A program made the translations under genes and the position numbers. Shown piece after piece: positions 18,871 to 28,477 of a stretch of 64,000 nt of DNA (position 1 is its first letter; each line of letters starts with the position of its first letter). Under the pieces are notes generated by a model. That model made no database searches and had not been told where the DNA came from. It saw nothing but the letters and a program-made list of their open reading frames with translations. Source of the stretch: a virus (lineage: Duplodnaviria > Heunggongvirae > Uroviricota > Caudoviricetes); IMG/VR virus record IMGVR_UViG_3300043467_001216. One strand, given 5' to 3'.

Positions 18871-20751
18871 ATGGCTAATCAAAAAGTCCCCCAATTACCC
18901 GTATTAACCGCTATCACAGGTAGTGATTTATTTTACGTTGTTGACGTTAGTGATATAACGGATGACCCAACGGGTAGTTCCAAACAGATTACAAGAGACG
19001 AAATATTAACAAGTGTTAATCAAATAGATTTTAACTTAACTGCCGTAACAACACACGAGGAAGGTCGAGTTTCTTGGAATGATGATATTAAATCATTAGA
19101 AATTGATACTGAAAACCCTGAAGTTCAAGTCCAAGTAGGACACGAAATGGTTATTAGAGTTAACAATCAAACAGGTTCTATTTTAACTAAAGGGACTGTT
19201 GTGTATATCAACGGTGCTCAAGGTCAAAGACCTACAGTGACTAAGGCGGATTATAGTGCTGATACGTCATCAGCGTCAGTTATTGGTTTAGTTGCAGCTG
19301 ACATAAATAATGGTGATAATGGTTATGTTATCACATCAGGAATTCTTGAAGGTGTCAACACAATTGATTATACGGCAGGAACATCATTATATTTGTTCAC
19401 AGGTGGGACGTATTCCTCAAATAAACCGCAAGCCCCTGACCACGATGTTCGTATTGGTAAAGTGGTTGTGTCAAACGCAACTACGGGTTCTATATATGTT
19501 AATGTTCAGAATGGTTATGAACTAGATGAATTGCACGACGTTAGAATCACAAGTGTGTCTGAGAATGATGTCTTGGTTCGTAGTACCTATAACGGTTCAC
19601 CTGTTTGGGTGAATACTAAAACAATTTCAGGTCTTACATATGTGCAGGCGACAACAATATCTGCAACGACATATCAAAATTTACCACCTGACTTATGGAC
19701 TCAGAATGGTAGTAGTATATACTATAATGGTGGGAATGTTGGTATTGGTCAAAGTAACCCAACTAGAAAGTTTGAGGTTGTAGATGGTGCTAGTTTAGCT
19801 TATTTTAACTTAACTGGTACAAGTGGACCAGCAGCTGTTATTAGTACTACAGACCTTACAAAATTAACTAGATTTATTGCAACTGATGGGACTAATTCAA
19901 TAAATATTGGTATTAGAACATCTGGTGAAACTGATAATCCTACTGTTGGTGGACAAGGTGATGCATTTATTTATGTTAATGCAAGTGCTAAGGGTTTAAG
20001 TATTGTTAATGCACCTTTTACAGGTATTAATAATGATTATATTAGATTATATGCGGGTTTACTTGCGACTCAAGGTATATCACATTTACACGTGCAAGGT
20101 TCTGGAACTACTAAAGGGTTTATCGGAATAAATAATGAAAATCCTATTGCACGACTACATGTAAGTGGTGATACACTCATAGATGGTGTTTTATCAGCGA
20201 CAACAATATCAGCAACAACCGCATCAATATCAGGTTCAGGTCAAAATGTTTTAACTGTTACAGGTTCAGGTAATAGTACCTCATCACCAATATTTAAAGT
20301 TATTGGTTCACAAGGAGAATTGTTTAGTGTTACTGATTCATTAACAGGTTTATTACAAAGTGTTAATAATATCTCAGGTTTACCAATTTGGCAAGTATAT
20401 TCTGATAATACCATATTAATGGGAACGTATTTAGCACCTTCGTTAAACACGACCGTTAGGGTATCATTAACTGCTGGAACTAATACTGTCTATTCAATAC
20501 CGACAAGTGCCTATACAGGTGGTTTCTTTGATTATACTGTGATTAGTAGTGGAGGTGCGGGAGCTAGAGCGGGAACTGTTATGTCTATATGGAGTGGTAC
20601 TACGGCTGAATACACTGATGTATCAACTAATGATATTGGTAATACATCGGGGATATCATTTTCAGTTGCGGTTTCCGGTGGTAATTCAGTGTTAAGTTGT
20701 TCCGCAACTACTACGGGTTGGATATTAAAAACTATAGTTAGAAGTATATGA
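18871..20751 (+). CDS. putative tail fibre / receptor-binding structural protein
   Basis: 626 aa, Ser/Thr/Gly/Asn-rich and beta-rich. Repeated TISATT(YQNLP) motifs are shared with ORF 22515..22985. Confidence 0.55.
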   Translation: MANQKVPQLPVLTAITGSDLFYVVDVSDITDDPTGSSKQITRDEILTSVNQIDFNLTAVTTHEEGRVSWNDDIKSLEIDTENPEVQVQVGHEMVIRVNNQTGSILTKGTVVYINGAQGQRPTVTKADYSADTSSASVIGLVAADINNGDNGYVITSGILEGVNTIDYTAGTSLYLFTGGTYSSNKPQAPDHDVRIGKVVVSNATTGSIYVNVQNGYELDELHDVRITSVSENDVLVRSTYNGSPVWVNTKTISGLTYVQATTISATTYQNLPPDLWTQNGSSIYYNGGNVGIGQSNPTRKFEVVDGASLAYFNLTGTSGPAAVISTTDLTKLTRFIATDGTNSINIGIRTSGETDNPTVGGQGDAFIYVNASAKGLSIVNAPFTGINNDYIRLYAGLLATQGISHLHVQGSGTTKGFIGINNENPIARLHVSGDTLIDGVLSATTISATTASISGSGQNVLTVTGSGNSTSSPIFKVIGSQGELFSVTDSLTGLLQSVNNISGLPIWQVYSDNTILMGTYLAPSLNTTVRVSLTAGTNTVYSIPTSAYTGGFFDYTVISSGGAGARAGTVMSIWSGTTAEYTDVSTNDIGNTSGISFSVAVSGGNSVLSCSATTTGWILKTIVRSI

Positions 20752-21476
20752 GTACACATTATAAACCAAGGATTATTACTGATAATTTAATTTATTATGT
20801 TGACGGTGCTAATACCTCATCATACCCTGGAACAGGAACTATTTGTGATGATTTATCACGTCGTCAATTATTAGAACTGTCTTTAGTTAATGGGGTTGCA
20901 TTTGAAAATAATAATGGTGGTGTTTTTACATTTGATGGTGTTGATGACTTAATGTTATCTGATGTTACGATGAACGGTAAAATGACTAGTGGTATGACAT
21001 TTGATGTTTGGTTTAAACGAACTCAAGATATGAACGCATTTAATATGGTGGTTTCAAATCCGGTTCCTTATATTGCGTTTAGAGGTTCGGGTGCGGGTGT
21101 TAACTCTCAATATTTTTTATTTTCATTTTTAACTAGAATATCTTCAACTAATACGCAACGTTATTTATATTCTAATAATACGTTTAGTAATAATGTTTGG
21201 TATAATGTTGTTTGTACGTTATCTCAAAATACGACAACACAAGTGGTTGATGCTAAAATGTATGTTAATGGTGAATTAAACAATACTATAAGTGTTGGTT
21301 CGGCAACTGATAGTGTGTATCAACCCACTGCTGGGACTTTTTTTAGATTGGCGAATTACGCTCCAGCGGCATATCCGTTTAAAGGTAATATTTCGTCAGT
21401 TAAAATGTATGATAAATTACTAACGTCTGATGAAATTTTACAAAATTATAATACATTAAAAAATAGATTTAATTAA
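20748..21476 (+). CDS. LamG/concanavalin-like domain protein (paralog A)
   Basis: Paralogous to 21502..22185, with a shared C-terminal ..DEI(L/N)QNYN(T/A)(L/T)K.R.. and FDG(V/I)DD motifs. Composition suggests a lectin-like beta-sandwich. Confidence 0.45.
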   Translation: MSTHYKPRIITDNLIYYVDGANTSSYPGTGTICDDLSRRQLLELSLVNGVAFENNNGGVFTFDGVDDLMLSDVTMNGKMTSGMTFDVWFKRTQDMNAFNMVVSNPVPYIAFRGSGAGVNSQYFLFSFLTRISSTNTQRYLYSNNTFSNNVWYNVVCTLSQNTTTQVVDAKMYVNGELNNTISVGSATDSVYQPTAGTFFRLANYAPAAYPFKGNISSVKMYDKLLTSDEILQNYNTLKNRFN

Positions 21477-21501
21477 ATATAAAAAAAATAGTTAGAATTG
21501 T

Positions 21502-22185
21502 ATGAGTTCATTTTCAGGTCCAAAAATAGATATTAATAACCTTGTGTTGTATTTAGATGCGGGAAACTCTGATTCTTATGTTAGTGGTTCTACCACATGG
21601 TATGATTTAAGTGGTAATAATTATAATGGTACGTTAATTAATGGTACGGGTTTTAGTAGTGAAAAAAATGGTTGTATGACATTTGATGGTATTGACGATA
21701 TGGTTAGAACAAATTTTCAAACAATAACTGTAAATAGTAGTTTTGAGATATGGGCTAATAGAACTGAGAGTGTCAACGCATATAATATGATGGCTGGTAT
21801 GTATCTACCTTATTTTGCTATGAATAGTGGTAATACTTTACACTTTTCTAATTCAATAGGTGGTGTTCAAAGAAGTGCTTTTTCTTCACCATCAGGAACT
21901 TTAATGGATAATACTTGGTATTGTTTTCATTTTGTAAATTCATATGATGGTGTTAATACAACAATGAAATCGTATATTAACGGCACTTTAGTTCGTAGTA
22001 TTACTAATACAGGTCAAACGATTACAACAACTTTTCTTCCTCTAGTTATTGGTGGTTGGAGGTCTAATTTACCAACTGATTATCCATTTAAAGGTAAAAT
22101 ATCAATTGTTAAGGTTTATAATAAAGAATTAACACAAGATGAAATTAATCAAAACTATAATGCAACAAAAGGTAGATATTTATAA
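21502..22185 (+). CDS. LamG/concanavalin-like domain protein (paralog B)
   Basis: See paralog A. Confidence 0.45.
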   Translation: MSSFSGPKIDINNLVLYLDAGNSDSYVSGSTTWYDLSGNNYNGTLINGTGFSSEKNGCMTFDGIDDMVRTNFQTITVNSSFEIWANRTESVNAYNMMAGMYLPYFAMNSGNTLHFSNSIGGVQRSAFSSPSGTLMDNTWYCFHFVNSYDGVNTTMKSYINGTLVRSITNTGQTITTTFLPLVIGGWRSNLPTDYPFKGKISIVKVYNKELTQDEINQNYNATKGRYL

Positions 22186-22187
22186 TT

Positions 22188-22457
22188 ATGGAAACAATAT
22201 TACAAGATTACGAAAACAGAAAATTTATGATATTTAACGTATCTGAATTGGGCTTGATTGATTTTACACAAGTTTATCAAACATCAATTGATACTGTTAG
22301 AAAATCAGTTGATGGAACTAAAACATTGGTTAAATGGGATTCGGATGGAATACCATCATCAGTTAATCAACTAACAACCAAAGAAGGTCCATATACTTAT
22401 GATGAAATAATCGTTATTTTAAATACTTCTGAATGGAGTGGGACAATACCTGAATAA
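22188..22457 (+). CDS. hypothetical protein
   Basis: ORF. Confidence 0.4.
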   Translation: METILQDYENRKFMIFNVSELGLIDFTQVYQTSIDTVRKSVDGTKTLVKWDSDGIPSSVNQLTTKEGPYTYDEIIVILNTSEWSGTIPE

Positions 22458-22514
22458 ATTAATAATTGATGGTATTTATACATAAATAAACCTGGATAGG
22501 GAAAGGTAAAAATT

Positions 22515-22985
22515 ATGTCAAACGAATTTAATATAAAGAATGGGTTTATCTCAAACTCAGATTCTAGAGTGATTGGTGGTTTCACCGCTAACACAATATC
22601 AGCAACAACTTATCAAAACTTACCTGTTGACCCCAATTATTATGTAACTGCGTTCACGTATAGTAATAACGTATTTACGGTTAAGCAAACAGGACAATCT
22701 GATTTAACGGCAACAATAAATTCTGTAACAGGGTGGACTGTTAATGGTGTTTTAACTGTTACGGGTGATACATCATTACAGGGTGTTACTGCAAATACCA
22801 TATCGGCAACAACAATATCAGGTGGGACTATGGTTATAACAACAACACCAACTACTGATAATACGTTAACTCAAGTATTATCAAGAGACCCAGTAACGGG
22901 AACTGTCGAATTAGTCGATACAACATCATTCCCATTCAACTATGGGTTGGCAAACGCAATAATGACAGGAACTTTTTTAACATAA
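22515..22985 (+). CDS. small tail-fibre-like protein
   Basis: Contains TISATTYQNLPVD, identical to the motif in 18871..20751, plus TISATTISGG. Confidence 0.45.
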   Translation: MSNEFNIKNGFISNSDSRVIGGFTANTISATTYQNLPVDPNYYVTAFTYSNNVFTVKQTGQSDLTATINSVTGWTVNGVLTVTGDTSLQGVTANTISATTISGGTMVITTTPTTDNTLTQVLSRDPVTGTVELVDTTSFPFNYGLANAIMTGTFLT

Positions 22986-23011
22986 AAATAAAAATAAAAA
23001 TAAAGTAATAT

Positions 23012-23434
23012 ATGGCAAATACATCATTAAATACACAACCAATTTATACGGCATCCGCTGATACTCAATGGATTGGAGGGGCTTTAACTGCGAACACAAC
23101 TAAAGACTTAACATCAGGAACTGCTTATTTGGCGTTTACTGCGTCAGCGAATGGGGGGTATGTTCAAAGATTAAGATTAAGACCATTAGGGACTAACGTC
23201 GCATCATTGGCTAGAATATTTATTAATAATGGTGATGTTACAGGAACAACCGCGAATAATATTCTTTGGGATGAGATATCATTACCGGCAACAACAGTTT
23301 CTGAGACATCGGCTTTACCTACTTATGAAATTCCATTAAATTTTGCATTACCCGCAGGTTACAGATTGTTTGTGACTATTGCTACGGGTGTGGCCGCAGG
23401 TTTTGCGATAACAGTTATAGGTGGAAAATATTAA
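23012..23434 (+). CDS. hypothetical structural protein
   Basis: ORF in the structural block. Confidence 0.4.
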   Translation: MANTSLNTQPIYTASADTQWIGGALTANTTKDLTSGTAYLAFTASANGGYVQRLRLRPLGTNVASLARIFINNGDVTGTTANNILWDEISLPATTVSETSALPTYEIPLNFALPAGYRLFVTIATGVAAGFAITVIGGKY

Positions 23435-23437
23435 GAT

Positions 23438-23616
23438 ATGAACGAGTATATATTGTGGGAGTTTGAATACGGATACACAGGTCAAGTGTATCAGGAAATC
23501 AATAACGGACAAGTTATTAGATATTGTGATTTGGATGGGAATACTTTAACACTTGAAGGTGCTTACGGGTATAATTTAATAAATGTAACACCAGAAAGAC
23601 CAAGTTGGGCGTTATA
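23438..23616 (+). CDS. small hypothetical protein (59 aa, not in the ORF track)
   Basis: ATG at 23438, stop at 23614-23616. Fills the gap before the Gly-rich genes. Confidence 0.3.
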
Positions 23617-23618
23617 AT

Positions 23619-24539
23619 ATGATAGATACTTTTAACATAAATGACGGTAGTTTAAACAACCAAGTGTTCAACTATAATGGGAATACAGGGTGGCAAGTAT
23701 GGAACAAACCACCTAAATGTAATTTAGTGAATTTCTTTTTAGTTGGTGGTGGTGCCGGTGGTCAAGGTGGTATTATTAATTCTGCCGCCAATCGTAATGG
23801 AGGTGCGGGAGGTGGTTCTGCCGCCTTTTCATATATAACCGTTCCAGCATTTGCAATTCCCGATACTTTATATATATTAGTGGCAAGTGGTGGAACAGGA
23901 GGTGCGTCAAGTGGTGGTGCCGGTGGTCAAGGAAGTCTTAGTTATGTCTGTTCTGTACCTGATACGTCAACTGTTAATAATATATTAATGAGGAGTGGTT
24001 CGGCGAATGCGGGTGTTACAACAACAACAACTGCGGGTGCGGCAATTACTGTTGCGGATATTTTATTAGCTGAGGCTGCGTTTATTTCAGGATATGCGGG
24101 TCAAACAGGTGGTGCGGGTGGTGTAACAAGTACTCCTGCGGTTGATATAACACCAACAGGTATTCCATTCACATCAGGTGCGGGTGGTGCTGGATGTGGT
24201 TCGACAGGAACGTTAGGTGTTGCGGGGGATATCGTAGGTATTTTAGATTTCCCAATTATCTCAGGTGGTACAAATACATCATCGGCAGGTGCGACTGCGG
24301 GTTCGGGAAATAACGGATTTTCGACAAGAGAAAGTTTTACTAGCCAAAATTATAAATATCCTATGTTCTTTACAGGAGGTGCCGGTGGTGGTGCAGCCTC
24401 TAACGCAACAGGTGTTGGAGGACGTGGTGGTGATGGAGCCTATGGTTGTGGTGGAGGAGGTGGTGGTGCCGGTGGAAACACAACTGCGGGACGTGGTGGT
24501 GATGGTGGTCACGGATTAGTTATAATTACAGTTACATAA
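23619..24539 (+). CDS. glycine-rich protein, tandem paralog 1
   Basis: Conserved N-terminus MIDTFNINDGS..QVF...WNKP..C..V.F.L.GGG and conserved C-terminus AYGCGGGGGGAG..GGDG..VIIT. The Gly-rich middle is highly variable. Confidence 0.55.
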   Translation: MIDTFNINDGSLNNQVFNYNGNTGWQVWNKPPKCNLVNFFLVGGGAGGQGGIINSAANRNGGAGGGSAAFSYITVPAFAIPDTLYILVASGGTGGASSGGAGGQGSLSYVCSVPDTSTVNNILMRSGSANAGVTTTTTAGAAITVADILLAEAAFISGYAGQTGGAGGVTSTPAVDITPTGIPFTSGAGGAGCGSTGTLGVAGDIVGILDFPIISGGTNTSSAGATAGSGNNGFSTRESFTSQNYKYPMFFTGGAGGGAASNATGVGGRGGDGAYGCGGGGGGAGGNTTAGRGGDGGHGLVIITVT

Positions 24540-24542
24540 AAT

Positions 24543-25487
24543 ATGATAGATACTTTTCACATATCAGATGGTAGTGTCAATAGACAAGTGTTCTATGCGA
24601 CAGGACCGAATACCTTCCAAACTTGGAATAAACCCCAAAACTGTAAATTCGTTTACTTCGTATTAATCGGAGGTGGCGGAGGTGGCGGAGGTGGTCAAAG
24701 TGGTGGAACAGGAACCTCTCGTAGAGGTGGTGGTTCAGGTGGTTCAGGTGGATTAACTAAAGGTATGTTTCCCTCTTCAATTATTCCTGATAGATTATAT
24801 ATTCAAGTTGGTTCAGGTGGAACTGCTGGTGTTGGTGGTACGACTAACAGTGATGGTGGTACTGCTGGTATATCATATGTTATGGTTACACCTGACACTA
24901 CTGAAACTGCACAAAATATACTACTACAAAGTAGTTTGGCGGCTGCGGGTGGTGGTCGTTCAGGTTTAAATGGTGGTGCTCTTGGTGCTGCTGCAACGGC
25001 TTGGGTATTCACTAATAATATTTTTTATAAATTTGGGTTGGTTGATACTTATGCGGGTCAAGCGGGTGTTTTAGGTCAAACAACGGCATTACCAACTAAC
25101 TTAACAATTAGTGGTATTGTAAGTGGTGGTGGTCCAGGTGCGGGTCAAAACGGTGCAACTGCACAAGAGGGTGGTTCAGTTGTTGGTGGTGGGTCAATAC
25201 CTACAATGACAGGAGGACCAGCGGGTGGTTCAGCGACATCAACAACACCCGGAGGTAATGGTAGTGGTGGATATATGACATTTACCCCTAACACACTTGG
25301 ATACACAACAGAACCATTGATATTTATCGGTGGTGCTGGTGGTGGTTCATCAGATGGTGGACCCGGAGGTTCAGGAGCTGGCGGAGCCTATGGTTGTGGT
25401 GGTGGAGGAGGTGGAGCCGGAATAACTAACCAAGGTGGTAATGGTGGTAAAGGTGGTGACGGAATAGTCATAATAACGTGGTGGTAA
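24543..25487 (+). CDS. glycine-rich protein, tandem paralog 2
   Basis: Same architecture as paralog 1. Ends GGDGIVIITWW. Confidence 0.55.
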   Translation: MIDTFHISDGSVNRQVFYATGPNTFQTWNKPQNCKFVYFVLIGGGGGGGGGQSGGTGTSRRGGGSGGSGGLTKGMFPSSIIPDRLYIQVGSGGTAGVGGTTNSDGGTAGISYVMVTPDTTETAQNILLQSSLAAAGGGRSGLNGGALGAAATAWVFTNNIFYKFGLVDTYAGQAGVLGQTTALPTNLTISGIVSGGGPGAGQNGATAQEGGSVVGGGSIPTMTGGPAGGSATSTTPGGNGSGGYMTFTPNTLGYTTEPLIFIGGAGGGSSDGGPGGSGAGGAYGCGGGGGGAGITNQGGNGGKGGDGIVIITWW

Positions 25488-25496
25488 TATTATAAA

Positions 25497-26459
25497 ATGA
25501 TAGATACATTCAATTTACCTGGAAAGGAAAGGTATACACAAATTTTTACAGTAAACTCAAGTGGGTCAACAGGTTGGGAAACTTGGAATAAACCATCAAA
25601 CATTTCTTACATCCATATTTTATGTATTGGTGGTGGAGGAGGTGGAGGAGGGGCTCGTGGTAGTTCGCTGAATACCGCAACAGGAGGAGGTGGTGGAGGT
25701 TCTGCAGCTCACTCAATTGGATTATTTCCTGCGGTTTTATTACCTGATACATTATTCGTTCAGGTGGGTAAAGGAGGTGCTAGTGGTGTTGGTGGTGCTA
25801 AGGGTGTTAACGGAACTGATGGTGGTTCGGGAGAACATTCTTATGTGTCAGTTATACCATCAACGGGAACTACTGCGGTATTGATGAAAAACGGTACTGC
25901 GGGTGCTGATGGTGGTAATGGTGGACAAAGTTCAGTTCAAGGTGCTGCGGGAACTGCGGGAACAACTTGGACTTATAACACAACATTTATATTTCCCCAA
26001 TTAGGACAGATATCACCATTTGCTGGTCAAAATGGTGGTATCGGTGGTTCAACAGGTGGTGGTAATGGTGGTTCGATAACTATTACAGGTCCAACAACAG
26101 GTGGTGGTGGTGGAGGTGGAACAACAAGTGGTGGCTCATCAGGTGGTGGTGGTTCAATTACGGGTGTTGGGATAATACCAACTATTGTTGGTGGAACTGC
26201 GAATTCATTAACGGCTAGTAATGGTGCGGGTGGTTATGGTATGAATTTATTAACAACTGAATCAAGTTCACCAAGTCCTTTATTTTTTACGGGAGCTGCG
26301 GGTGGTGGTGGTGCTGGTCCAAATGCTGATAGAGAAGGTGGTGACGGAGGTCACGCTGCTTACGGTTCAGGAGGTGGAGGTGGAGGTGCATCTTATAATG
26401 GTAAAGGTGGTGACGGAGGTAAAGGTGGTGATGGTGTTGTAATTATTACTTGTTGGTAG
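25497..26459 (+). CDS. glycine-rich protein, tandem paralog 3
   Basis: Same architecture. Ends GGDGVVIITCW. Confidence 0.55.
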   Translation: MIDTFNLPGKERYTQIFTVNSSGSTGWETWNKPSNISYIHILCIGGGGGGGGARGSSLNTATGGGGGGSAAHSIGLFPAVLLPDTLFVQVGKGGASGVGGAKGVNGTDGGSGEHSYVSVIPSTGTTAVLMKNGTAGADGGNGGQSSVQGAAGTAGTTWTYNTTFIFPQLGQISPFAGQNGGIGGSTGGGNGGSITITGPTTGGGGGGGTTSGGSSGGGGSITGVGIIPTIVGGTANSLTASNGAGGYGMNLLTTESSSPSPLFFTGAAGGGGAGPNADREGGDGGHAAYGSGGGGGGASYNGKGGDGGKGGDGVVIITCW

Positions 26460-26493
26460 TTGACATTTCAATTTAAAAAGTCTAAAATTATTT

Positions 26494-27357
26494 ATGGAAA
26501 ATTATATAGGAAAAATTATAAATGGTGATTGTGTTGATGTTATGTCAGAAATGCCAATAAACTCAATTGACTTAATTGTAACGTCACCCCCATACGGAGT
26601 TGGGATTGCCTATGATGTTCACGATGATGATATGTATATTGATGAATATTTGAAATTTACAACCAAATGGTTAACACAAGCATATCAGATATTAAAAGAT
26701 GATGGAAGGATTGCGATAAACATTCCTTATGAAATTAATAGACAGGACAAAGGTGGAAGAATTTTCTTTTGTTCTGAGGTTTATCAGGTAATGAAAAGAA
26801 TTGGATTTAAATTCTTTGGTATTGTTGACCTTGAAGAAGATTCTCCTCATCGTAGTAAAACTACGGCTTGGGGTAGTTGGATGTCACCTTCAAGTCCTTA
26901 CATATATAATCCAAAAGAATGTGTTATATTAGCCTACAAACACAAACATATTAAAACAGTTAAAGGTGAACCACAATGGAAAGGAATGCCAACTGAGATT
27001 GAACAAGAAGATGGGACAGTTAAGAAAAAAGTTGTCTATGATGAAATGGATAAGAAAGAGTTTATGGAATTGGTGTTTGGTCAGTGGAAATATTTTGCTG
27101 ATACTAAATCGTTAACAAAAGCGACTTTCTCTATGGATATCCCAACTAAGGCGATTAAAATATTGTCATATAAGAATGACGTAATATTGGACCCATTTGC
27201 GGGTTCAGGAACAAGTTTGGTTGCTGCTGAAACATTGGATAGACGATGGGTGGGTATTGAATTATCACCAAATTATGCTGAGATAGCTTGGAAACGAGTC
27301 CAAGGATTTGTGGACCAAAAAAAACAACAAGAATTAGAATTCGAAAAGGGGGAATAA
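26494..27357 (+). CDS. DNA amino-methyltransferase, beta-class (N6-adenine or N4-cytosine)
   Basis: Motif IV SPPY (DLIVTSPPYGV) precedes motif I DPFAGSGTS, the beta-class order. Confidence 0.8.
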   Translation: MENYIGKIINGDCVDVMSEMPINSIDLIVTSPPYGVGIAYDVHDDDMYIDEYLKFTTKWLTQAYQILKDDGRIAINIPYEINRQDKGGRIFFCSEVYQVMKRIGFKFFGIVDLEEDSPHRSKTTAWGSWMSPSSPYIYNPKECVILAYKHKHIKTVKGEPQWKGMPTEIEQEDGTVKKKVVYDEMDKKEFMELVFGQWKYFADTKSLTKATFSMDIPTKAIKILSYKNDVILDPFAGSGTSLVAAETLDRRWVGIELSPNYAEIAWKRVQGFVDQKKQQELEFEKGE

Positions 27358-27366
27358 AAATCCCCC
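27334..27366 (+). terminator. intrinsic terminator AAGGGGGAATAAAAATCCCCCTTTTTTTTG
   Basis: After the methyltransferase gene. Confidence 0.75.
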
Positions 27367-27403
27367 TTTTTTTGTTTTCATAATATTTATAATAAAAAAT
27401 GTT

Positions 27404-28477
27404 ATGAGCCATTATATTATTAATAAACACGAATTTAAAGACGTTGTTAATAAAATTTACTTAGAAGAACAAAAAAACATTTTAAATGAGAAATGGTCTA
27501 AATTAAGTAAAGGGGAAAAAATATTCGTATTAGAATTTCTAAAAGTCATATATCCTGATAAATCTAAATTAATACAAGAATCTAAATGGTATAATACTTT
27601 AGGTGATATTGCCGGTATTTTTGACCCTACAGGTGTGATTGATGTTATCAACGGTATTAGTTATTGGAGACAAGATGATAAGTTATTTGCGTTACTGTCT
27701 TGGATTTCTGTAGTACCATTAATCGGTGACGTGATTGGTAAACCTGTTATTGGTGCATTAAAATTAGGTGGTGATACTGCTAAAATGTTTAAAGCCGCAG
27801 CTCTTGCGGGTGATGCTGCTAAAGTTGCTGAAACTGCAACTAAATCAGGTGGAGCTATTGGTAAATTTGTTAGTACTTCACCTACTTGGGGTGTTAAATT
27901 ATTAGAAATTTTAAAAAATGCGGGAAACAAAGTTCCAATACTAAGACGAATGTTTAAGTTAATTGAGGAATATGTTTCAGTGTTTGTAACCGCTAGTAAA
28001 GAAATGAAACTTGGTGCTGAGGTAACCAAAGGTATCGGTCTTGCGGAAAAGGAAACGTTAAAAAATACTTTTAGAGGGTTTAGAGATTTTGGTGGGTTTA
28101 AAAATAAATACCTCAAGTACATTTCATCTAAGGACGTATCACTCTGGAAAAAATTCACTGCGGGAGCACCACGAATATTTGGTGGTAATCCGGCTACTAG
28201 GTCATTAATGAGAAGAACTAAATGGTATTTAGGGTTTCTTGATTTCTTAGGTATTGGTGATTTTAAAACAACACCTGATGAATTAATGATTAAGTATCCG
28301 AATATAGAACAACAAGTTAATAAGTATAATCAAACTGAAAAGGCTCAACAAACATGGAATCAAGATTTTGGTTCAGGTGGTGATACACAAACCCAACAAA
28401 CAGATGGTGGGTTAAATACTCAAGATATTATGGGTATAAACCCGTTAGAAGTTTTTTTAAATCCTTTGTTTAAATAA
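27404..28477 (+). CDS. hypothetical protein
   Basis: 357-aa ORF. The antisense ORFs inside it are judged spurious. Confidence 0.5.
   Translation: MSHYIINKHEFKDVVNKIYLEEQKNILNEKWSKLSKGEKIFVLEFLKVIYPDKSKLIQESKWYNTLGDIAGIFDPTGVIDVINGISYWRQDDKLFALLSWISVVPLIGDVIGKPVIGALKLGGDTAKMFKAAALAGDAAKVAETATKSGGAIGKFVSTSPTWGVKLLEILKNAGNKVPILRRMFKLIEEYVSVFVTASKEMKLGAEVTKGIGLAEKETLKNTFRGFRDFGGFKNKYLKYISSKDVSLWKKFTAGAPRIFGGNPATRSLMRRTKWYLGFLDFLGIGDFKTTPDELMIKYPNIEQQVNKYNQTEKAQQTWNQDFGSGGDTQTQQTDGGLNTQDIMGINPLEVFLNPLFK

Noticed and set aside
24265-25012. Antisense and alternate-frame ORFs inside the glycine-rich genes (24265..24519+, 24279..24512-, 24803..25012-, 25546..25752-, 25690..25884+)
   Set aside because: They are artefacts of GGT/GGA-rich low-complexity DNA. 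They are fully nested in longer ORFs with conserved termini.
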